From a virus (taxonomy: Duplodnaviria; Heunggongvirae; Uroviricota; Caudoviricetes): a DNA stretch of 22,124 nucleotides. This document shows, in pieces, positions 15,736 through 22,124 of the stretch. The notes under the pieces were generated by a model. The model ran no database searches. It was not told where the DNA came from and saw only the letters and a list, made by a program, of their open reading frames with translations. Location: positions 1-22,124 of the IMG/VR virus record IMGVR_UViG_2698536657_000008; one strand, 5' to 3'. Every line of letters begins with the position of its first letter. Position 1 is the first letter of the stretch. The translations under genes were made by a program, and so were the position numbers.

Positions 15736-16061
15736 AAACATTTCGCTGGAAAGTGAAGCCGGATATGGAGGTGAACTCGCAGCCGTCGGTGCGTGAAGTG
15801 CGTTTTGGTGACGGGTATTCGCAGCGGACGGCGGCAGGACTGAATGCTGACCTGAAAACCTACAGGGTGACGCTTTCCGTGACCCGGGAGGAGGCCCGGC
15901 ATCTGGAAGCGTTCCTGGCAGAGCACGGGGGCTGGAAGGCATTTCTGTGGACGCCGCCCTATGCCTGGCGGCAGATAAAGGTGACCTGTGCCGGGTGGTC
16001 TGCGCGGGTCGGGATGCTGCGCGTTGAATTCAGCGCGGAGTTTAAGCAGGTGGTGAACTGA
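15732..16061 (+). CDS. M: Tail tip protein (gpM-like)
   Basis: 109 aa. Near-identical N-terminus to lambda gpM (MKTFRWKVKP) and conserved throughout. ATGA overlap with H. Confidence 0.95.
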   Translation: MKTFRWKVKPDMEVNSQPSVREVRFGDGYSQRTAAGLNADLKTYRVTLSVTREEARHLEAFLAEHGGWKAFLWTPPYAWRQIKVTCAGWSARVGMLRVEFSAEFKQVVN

Positions 16062-16759
16062 TGCAGGATATTCACGAAGAAAGCCTGAACGAGTCGGTTA
16101 AGTCAGAGCAGTCACCGCGGGTGGTGCTCTGGGAAATCGACCTGACGGTGCAGGGCGGTGAGCGGTATTTTTTCTGTAATGAGCTCAATGAAAAAGGGGA
16201 GCCGGTGACCTGGCAGGGGCGTGAATATCAGGCGTACCCGATTGAGGGGAGTGGCTTTGAGATGAACGGGAAGGGCAGCAGTGCCCGCCCGTCGCTGACG
16301 GTGTCCAATCTGTTCGGTCTGGTCACCGGGATGGCTGAAGACCTGCAGAGCCTGGTGGGTGCCACGGTGGTCCGCCGCCGGGTGTATGCGCGTTTTCTGG
16401 ATGCGGTGAATTTTGTGGCAGGCAATCCGGAGGCGGACCCGGAGCAGGAGCTGACGGACCGCTGGGTGGTGGAGCAGATGTCAGAGCTCACAGCCATGAC
16501 GGCTTCGTTTGTGCTGGCGACACCGACGGAGACGGACGGTGCGCTGTTTCCCGGTCGCATCATGCTGGCGAACACCTGTATGTGGGATTACCGGGGAGAG
16601 GAGTGCGGTTTCACCGGCGGGGCAGTGGCAGATGAGTTCGACAACCCCACCACGGATATCCGGAAGGACAGATGCAGTAAATGCATGCGCGGGTGTGAGA
16701 TGCGCGGCATGGTGGCTAATTTTGGCGGTTTCCTTTCCATTAATAAACTTTCGCAGTAA
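16061..16759 (+). CDS. L: Tail tip protein (gpL-like), Cys-rich C-terminus consistent with an Fe-S cluster
   Basis: 232 aa. Strong similarity to lambda gpL (VVLWEIDLT, GERYFFCNE.NEKGEPVTWQGR.YQ, GRIMLANTC.W.YRG.ECG, FGGFLSINKLSQ). Confidence 0.95.
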   Translation: MQDIHEESLNESVKSEQSPRVVLWEIDLTVQGGERYFFCNELNEKGEPVTWQGREYQAYPIEGSGFEMNGKGSSARPSLTVSNLFGLVTGMAEDLQSLVGATVVRRRVYARFLDAVNFVAGNPEADPEQELTDRWVVEQMSELTAMTASFVLATPTETDGALFPGRIMLANTCMWDYRGEECGFTGGAVADEFDNPTTDIRKDRCSKCMRGCEMRGMVANFGGFLSINKLSQ

Positions 16760-16769
16760 ATCCCGTTTT

Positions 16770-17513
16770 ATGACACAGACTGAATCAGCGATTCTGGCGC
16801 ATGCCCGGCGGTGTGCGCCAGCGGAGTCGTGCGGCTTCGTGACAGGCACCCCGGAGGGCGAACGGTACCAGCCCTGTGTGAATGTCTCCGCAGAGCCGGA
16901 GGCGTATTTTCGTATTGCACCGGAAGACTGGCTGCAGGCACAGATGCAGGGGGAGATTGTGGCGCTGGTCCACAGTCATCCCGGTGGTCTGCCCTGGCTG
17001 AGCGAGGCGGACCGGCGGCTGCAGATAAAGAGTGCCCTGCCCTGGTGGCTGGTCTGCCGGGGTGACATTCACAAATTCCGCTGTGTGCCGCACCTGACGG
17101 GACGGCGCTTTGAGCACGGGGTGACGGACTGTTACACCCTGTTCCGGGATGCATACCATCTGGCGGGGATAACGCTGCCGGATTTTCACCGCAAGGATGA
17201 CTGGTGGCGCAACGGCCAGAACCTGTACCTGGACAACCTGGCGGAAAACGGCTTTTACCGGGTGCCCCTGTCCTCTGCACAGGCGGGCGATATCCTGCTG
17301 TGCTGCTTTGGCGCATCGGTGCCGAATCATGCCGCGATTTACTGTGGCAACGGTGAGCTGCTTCACCATATACCGGAACAACTGAGTAAACGGGAGAGGT
17401 ATTCTGAAAAATGGCAACGACGAACGCATTCTGTCTGGCGTCACCGCCACTGGTCCGCATCTGCCTTCACGGGGATTTACAACGATTTGGTCGCCGCATC
17501 AGCCTGTATGTGA
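16770..17513 (+). CDS. K: Tail tip assembly protein (gpK-like; MPN/JAB plus NlpC/P60-like)
   Basis: Start at the internal ATG 16770 (MTQTESAILAHARRCAPAESCGFV...), which matches the lambda gpK N-terminus. The track ORF start at 16509 would run back through the L 3' end. Confidence 0.92.
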   Translation: MTQTESAILAHARRCAPAESCGFVTGTPEGERYQPCVNVSAEPEAYFRIAPEDWLQAQMQGEIVALVHSHPGGLPWLSEADRRLQIKSALPWWLVCRGDIHKFRCVPHLTGRRFEHGVTDCYTLFRDAYHLAGITLPDFHRKDDWWRNGQNLYLDNLAENGFYRVPLSSAQAGDILLCCFGASVPNHAAIYCGNGELLHHIPEQLSKRERYSEKWQRRTHSVWRHRHWSASAFTGIYNDLVAASACM

Positions 17514-18091
17514 ACACGGCAGCGGAGGCCATCCGTGCCCTGTCGCTGCAGGTGCCGGGATTCCGCAGTCAGATGAACGAAGGCTGGTACCAGATACGCA
17601 TTGCCGGTGAGGATACCGCGCCGGAGGCGGTGTATGCCCGTCTTCATGAGCCGCTGAGCGGGAGGGCCGTGATTCATATTGTACCGAGGCTGGCAGGGGC
17701 CGGGGGAAATGGTGTGTTTCAGGTGGTGCTGGGGGTTGCAGCGATTGTCGGGTCATTTTTCACTGGTGGTGCAACGATGGCGTTGTGGGGCGCAGCCCTG
17801 AGTGCCGGAGGGCTGACTGCCACCACGGTGCTGTTCTCGCTGGGTGCCAGCATGATACTGGGTGGTGTGGCCCAGATGCTGGCCCCGAAGGCAAAGACGC
17901 CGGATTACCGGGCGACGGATAACGGCAAACAGAACACGTATTTTTCGTCACTGGACAACATGATTGCCCAGGGCAACCCGATGCCGGTGCCTTACGGTGA
18001 AATGCTGGTTGGTTCACGACGGATATCCCAGGATATCAGCACCCGTGATGAGGGCGGTGACGGTAAGGTGGTGGTTATCGGGCGGGGATAA
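17411..18091 (+). CDS. I: Tail tip assembly protein (gpI-like)
   Basis: 226 aa. Strong similarity to lambda gpI (RICL.GDLQRFGRRI, FSLGASM.LGGVAQMLAPKA, TDNGKQNTYFSSLDNM.AQGN). Overlaps the K 3' end by ~100 bp as in lambda. Confidence 0.9.
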   Translation: MATTNAFCLASPPLVRICLHGDLQRFGRRISLYVNTAAEAIRALSLQVPGFRSQMNEGWYQIRIAGEDTAPEAVYARLHEPLSGRAVIHIVPRLAGAGGNGVFQVVLGVAAIVGSFFTGGATMALWGAALSAGGLTATTVLFSLGASMILGGVAQMLAPKAKTPDYRATDNGKQNTYFSSLDNMIAQGNPMPVPYGEMLVGSRRISQDISTRDEGGDGKVVVIGRG

Positions 18092-18102
18092 AAATAAAAA
18101 AA

Positions 18103-18128
18103 TCCCGCAGTGTTCGGAGGCTGCGGGA
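18103..18128 (-). terminator. Minus-strand rho-independent terminator-like hairpin at the left edge of the I-J insert
   Basis: TCCCGCAG (18103-18110) pairs with CTGCGGGA (18121-18128) around a 10-nt loop. It is preceded on the + strand by AAAATAAAAAAA (18091-18102), which is a T-run following the hairpin when read on the minus strand. Confidence 0.45.
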
Positions 18129-18151
18129 GATAACAATGAAGACTAACGTTC

Positions 18152-18249
18152 AAGGAGTTTTGTTTTTATTGACCCGAAAAAACTGTAATGCCCCGGAATG
18201 ATATCTGCCACGGGGATGTACAGAAAATGTGAAGAATTTCAGAAATTTT
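18152..18249 (+). repeat. I-J intergenic direct repeat, copy 1
   Basis: Contains AAGGAGTT (18152-18159), TTTTATTGACC (18164-18174) and the 25-mer AAATGTGAAGAATTTCAGAAATTTT (18225-18249), all shared in the same order with copy 2. The 25-mer contains the 13-bp palindrome AATTTC-A-GAAATT. Confidence 0.65.
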
Positions 18250-18323
18250 CTGTTGCGGGGCTGAAGTAAAAAACGCTCCCGCAATACACCTGGATATTAA
18301 CGGGAGGAACGAATAGTCACCTT

Positions 18324-18428
18324 AAGGAGTTGCGATTAATTGCTTTTATTGACCGCAGGTAATCTACCCATCCGGCAAGGTTTCCTCCACGGGAATTTGC
18401 CGGAAATGTGAAGAATTTCAGAAATTTT
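18324..18428 (+). repeat. I-J intergenic direct repeat, copy 2
   Basis: AAGGAGTT (18324-18331), TTTTATTGACC (18344-18354) and an identical 25-mer (18404-18428), 179 bp downstream of copy 1. Confidence 0.65.
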
Positions 18429-18441
18429 ATTCCGTCATGAC

Positions 18442-18472
18442 ACAGGCACCTCCGGGGTGCCTGTCGTTTTTT
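18442..18472 (+). terminator. Plus-strand rho-independent terminator at the right edge of the I-J insert
   Basis: ACAGGCACC (18442-18450), loop TCCGG, GGTGCCTGT (18456-18464), then CGTTTTTT (18465-18472): a 9-bp GC-rich stem plus T-tract. Confidence 0.55.
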
Positions 18473-18515
18473 GGGCATAAACAGATTCAGACATCAGACA
18501 GGAGAGGGGGACAGA

Positions 18516-21500
18516 GTGGGTAAAGGGGGCGGCAAGGGGCACACACCACGTGAGGCGAAGGACAATCTCAAATCCACGCAGATGATGAGCGTGATTGATG
18601 CCATTGGTGAGGGGCCGGTGGAAGGTCCGGTTAACGGCCTGCAGAGTATTCTGGTGAACAAAACCCCGCTGACGGACACGGACGGTAATCCCGTGATACA
18701 CGGTGTGACCGCCGTCTGGCGTGCCGGGGAGCAGGAGCAGACGCCGCCGGAAGGTTTTGAGTCCTCCGGGGCTGAAACCGCACTGGGCGTGGAGGTGACG
18801 AAGGCAAAGCCGGTGACGCGCACCATCACGTCAGCGAACATTGACCGTCTGCGGGTCACCTTCGGGGTGCAGTCACTGGTGGAGACCACCTCAAAGGGTG
18901 ACCGTAATCCCTCTTCTGTCCGCCTGCTGATTCAGCTTGAGCGTAACGGGCACTGGGTGACGGAGAAGGATATCACCATTAACGGCAAGACCACCTCGCA
19001 GTACCTGACGTCTGTGATTCTGAATAATCTCCCTGAGCGCCCCTTTAACATCCGGATGGTCAGGGAGACGGCGGACAGCACCACGGACCAGCTGCAGAAC
19101 AGAACGCTGTGGTCGTCATACACCGAAATCATCGATGTGAAACAGTGCTACCCGAACACGGCGATTGTGGGGCTGCAGGTGGATGCGGAGCAGTTTGGTG
19201 GCCAGCAGCTGACGGTGAACTACCATATCCGTGGTCGCATCATTCAGGTGCCGTCAAACTATGACCCGGAAAAACGCACCTACAGCGGTATCTGGGACGG
19301 GAGTCTGAAACCGGCATACAGCAATAACCCGGCCTGGTGCCTGTGGGACATGCTGACCCACCCGCGCTACGGGATGGGAAAACGCCTGGGGGCCGCGGAC
19401 GTGGACAAGTGGGCACTGTATGCCATCGGGCAGTACTGTGACCAGACGGTCCCGGATGGTTTCGGGGGAACAGAGCCGCGGATGACTTTCAATGCGTACC
19501 TGTCACAGCAGCGTAAGGTCTGGGATGTCCTGGGGGATTTCTGCTCGGCGATGCGCTGTATGCCGGTATGGAACGGTCAGACGCTGACGTTCGTTCAGGA
19601 CCGTCCGTCGGATGTGGTGTGGCCGTACACGAACAGCGATGTGGTGGTGGATGATAACGGCGTGGGGTTCCGCTACAGCTTCAGTGCCCTGAAGGACCGG
19701 CACACGGCGGTGGAGGTGAATTACACCGACCCGCAGAACGGCTGGCAGACTTCCACTGAACTGGTGGAAGACCCGGACGCCATCCTGCGCTACGGGCGCA
19801 ATCTGCTGAAGATGGATGCGTTTGGCTGTACCAGCCGCGGTCAGGCCCACCGTGCCGGACTGTGGGTGATAAAGACAGAACTGCTGGAAACGCAGACGGT
19901 GGATTTCACGCTCGGGTCACAGGGGCTGCGGCACACGCCCGGTGACATCATTGAAATCTGTGATAACGACTATGCCGGGACCCTGACCGGCGGACGTATC
20001 CTGTCCATCGATGCCGCCAGCCGTACCCTGACGCTGGACCGTGAGGTGACACTGCCGGAAACAGGGACATCGACGGTGAACCTGATTAACGGCAGCGGTA
20101 AGCCGGTGCGCGTGGACATCACTGCACACCCCGCCCCTGACCGGATACAGGTCAGCGTCCTGCCTGATGGCGTGGAGACATACGGTGTGTGGGGACTCTC
20201 CCTGCCGTCACTGCGTCGTCGCCTGTTCCGCTGTGTTTCCATCCGGGAAAACACGGACGGCACCTTTGCCATCACGGCAGTGCAGCACGTACCGGAAAAA
20301 GAAGCCATCGTGGATAACGGGGCCCGCTTTGAGCCGATGTCCGGCTCACTGAACAGCGTCATCCCGCCGGCAGTGCAGCACCTCACGGTGGAGGTGAGTG
20401 CCTCAGACGGCCAGTATCTGGCGCTGGCGAAATGGGACACGCCGCGGGTGGTGAAGGGCGTGCGCTTCAGTCTGCGCCTGACCAGTGGCAGTGGTGAAAA
20501 CAGCCGCCTGGTGACCAGCGCCATCACGGCGGACACGGAGCACCGTTTCAGTGGCCTGCCGCCCGGGGAATACACCCTGACGGTCAGGGCGATAAACAGC
20601 TACGGCCAGCAGGGCGAACCTGCCACCACCACGTTCCGGATTAACGCCCCGGCAGCACCGGCCAGCATTGAACTGACGCCGGGGTATTTTCAGATAACGG
20701 CGGTACCGCGCCTTGCGGTGTATGACCCGACGGTACAGTTTGAGTTCTGGTTTTCGGAAAAACGCATCACGGACATGGCACAGGTGGAAACGTCCGCCCG
20801 TTATCTGGGGACAGGCAGCCAGTGGAGCGTCTCCGGCCCGCACATTAAGCCGGGGACGGATTTCTGGTTTTATGTGCGCAGCGTCAACCTGGTGGGGAAA
20901 TCTGCTTTTGTGGAAGCCAGCGGACGGGCCAGCAATGATGCGGAAGGTTATCTGGAACTGTTCCGGGAAAAGATAGGAAAACTGCATCTGGCACAGGGGA
21001 TGTGGGAGCTGATTGATAACAGCCAGCTTGATGATGAGATGGCGGAGATGAAGACCACCATCACGGAAACCCGCAATGAAATCACGCAGACGGTCAACAA
21101 AACCCTGGAAGACCAGAGCGCCACCATACAGCAGATACAGCGGGTGCAGACAGACACAAATGATGACCTGGCTGCGCTGTACATGCTGAAGGTGCAGAAA
21201 ACAAAGGATGGCATTCCGTATGTTGCCGGTATTGGTGCGGGGATTGAGGATGCAGATGGCCAGCCCCTGAGCAATATTCTGCTGCAGGCGGACCGTATCG
21301 CGATGATTAACCCGGAGAACGGCAACACCACGCCGCTGTTTGTGGCGCAGGGGAATCAGTTGTTCATGAACGACGTGTTCCTGAAGCGACTGTTTGCGGT
21401 GAGCATCACCTCGTCCGGCAATCCCCCGACGTTCTCCCTGACGCCGGACGGCAGGCTGACGGCCCGTAATGCGGACATCAGCGGACATATCAGTGCGAAC

Positions 21501-21983
21501 TCGGGCACGCTGAATAATGTCGTGATAGCGGAGAACTGCACGATAAATGGCACGCTGAGAGCGGAGAAAATTACTGGTGATCTTGTTAAATGTGCAGGTG
21601 TGGCTTTTCCGGTGGATGGTAGTCATCTTGCGAACGGTACACGCACGCTGACGGTGTATGACGATCACAGCTTTGACCGGCAGATTATAATTCCGCCGAT
21701 AATCTATGTCGGGTCAAAACAGGAATCCCGCACCAGTAATGACATCTGGACAGAGTGCTTCCTGCATGTTGATCAGAACGGACGCCGGATTTATTCAGGC
21801 AGGTCAGTGACAGAGCCGGGAGTTTTCAGCGGGATCATTGATATGCCCGCCGGTGGTGGTCATATCACCCTGAGTTTTACCGTGAGTTCACGGCGTCAGA
21901 ACGGGAGCTTTGGCAGTTCACGTATCAGTAACCTTCAGGCGATAGTGGTGAAGAAAAACAGCACGGGGATCAGTATTCGCTGA
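18516..21983 (+). CDS. J: Central tail fibre / host-specificity protein (gpJ-like)
   Basis: Start assigned to GTG 18516 ([22 protein letters not shown]..., matching the lambda J N-terminus [22 protein letters not shown]) with GGAGAGGGGG 7 nt upstream. The track ORF start at 18471 lies inside the upstream terminator. Highly similar to lambda gpJ over ~800 aa; diverges near residues ~820-900 and in the C-terminal ~150 aa. Confidence 0.93.
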   Translation: MGKGGGKGHTPREAKDNLKSTQMMSVIDAIGEGPVEGPVNGLQSILVNKTPLTDTDGNPVIHGVTAVWRAGEQEQTPPEGFESSGAETALGVEVTKAKPVTRTITSANIDRLRVTFGVQSLVETTSKGDRNPSSVRLLIQLERNGHWVTEKDITINGKTTSQYLTSVILNNLPERPFNIRMVRETADSTTDQLQNRTLWSSYTEIIDVKQCYPNTAIVGLQVDAEQFGGQQLTVNYHIRGRIIQVPSNYDPEKRTYSGIWDGSLKPAYSNNPAWCLWDMLTHPRYGMGKRLGAADVDKWALYAIGQYCDQTVPDGFGGTEPRMTFNAYLSQQRKVWDVLGDFCSAMRCMPVWNGQTLTFVQDRPSDVVWPYTNSDVVVDDNGVGFRYSFSALKDRHTAVEVNYTDPQNGWQTSTELVEDPDAILRYGRNLLKMDAFGCTSRGQAHRAGLWVIKTELLETQTVDFTLGSQGLRHTPGDIIEICDNDYAGTLTGGRILSIDAASRTLTLDREVTLPETGTSTVNLINGSGKPVRVDITAHPAPDRIQVSVLPDGVETYGVWGLSLPSLRRRLFRCVSIRENTDGTFAITAVQHVPEKEAIVDNGARFEPMSGSLNSVIPPAVQHLTVEVSASDGQYLALAKWDTPRVVKGVRFSLRLTSGSGENSRLVTSAITADTEHRFSGLPPGEYTLTVRAINSYGQQGEPATTTFRINAPAAPASIELTPGYFQITAVPRLAVYDPTVQFEFWFSEKRITDMAQVETSARYLGTGSQWSVSGPHIKPGTDFWFYVRSVNLVGKSAFVEASGRASNDAEGYLELFREKIGKLHLAQGMWELIDNSQLDDEMAEMKTTITETRNEITQTVNKTLEDQSATIQQIQRVQTDTNDDLAALYMLKVQKTKDGIPYVAGIGAGIEDADGQPLSNILLQADRIAMINPENGNTTPLFVAQGNQLFMNDVFLKRLFAVSITSSGNPPTFSLTPDGRLTARNADISGHISANSGTLNNVVIAENCTINGTLRAEKITGDLVKCAGVAFPVDGSHLANGTRTLTVYDDHSFDRQIIIPPIIYVGSKQESRTSNDIWTECFLHVDQNGRRIYSGRSVTEPGVFSGIIDMPAGGGHITLSFTVSSRRQNGSFGSSRISNLQAIVVKKNSTGISIR

Positions 21984-22124
21984 ACGTAGTGCCCCGGGAT
22001 TGCCGGAAGGAGATAAAAACCGTACATTATGCGCGGGTGCCTTTGGCTGATGGCCGGAGGGAACACCTGAAGGCCGGATGTGAAAAGGCCCCGGACAAAA
22101 CATTCATGTTTAACCCGAGGCCTG

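Noticed and set aside
16509-16769. Long N-terminal extension of K (track start at 16509)
   Set aside because: It overlaps the L 3' end in another frame; the lambda K N-terminus MTQTESAIL matches the internal ATG at 16770.
18152-18428. The two I-J direct repeats as a CRISPR array
   Set aside because: Only two copies, the repeat units are ~100 bp composite blocks rather than 28-37 bp repeats with uniform spacers, and there are no cas genes or leader.
18471-18515. J starting at the track ORF start 18471
   Set aside because: That start lies inside the upstream terminator T-tract and gives an N-terminus ([15 protein letters not shown]) with no counterpart in lambda J; GTG 18516 with its Shine-Dalgarno sequence matches the lambda N-terminus.

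Overview
The window is the late (lysis and morphogenesis) region of a lambda-like siphophage or prophage from an enterobacterial host, read entirely from the sequence and ORF track with no database search. All calls by similarity rest on my recollection of phage lambda proteins. On the + strand it runs: SAR-type endolysin, Rz/Rz1 spanins, a cos site whose cosN 12-mer GGGCGGCGACCT (2375-2386) matches lambda, then a colinear and apparently intact head-tail module Nu1-A-W-B-C/Nu3-D-E-FI-FII-Z-U-V-G/T-H-M-L-K-I-J. Because cos lies inside the window, this is the circular or integrated form rather than a packaged linear genome. Material not explained by the lambda backbone: (1) a ~425 bp non-coding module between tail genes I and J with two direct repeats and outward-facing terminators; (2) an opposite-strand ORF where a holin would be expected upstream of the endolysin; (3) a ~335 bp insert between endolysin and Rz carrying a terminator and a 37-aa membrane-peptide ORF; (4) a small ORF between Rz and cos; (5) a triplicated ~45-aa motif in the C/Nu3 scaffold region. 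The G-T frameshift site is A AAA AAG at 12675-12681. The many long minus-strand ORFs inside structural genes are judged antisense artefacts. No rRNA, tRNA, CRISPR array, integrase or transposase was seen.
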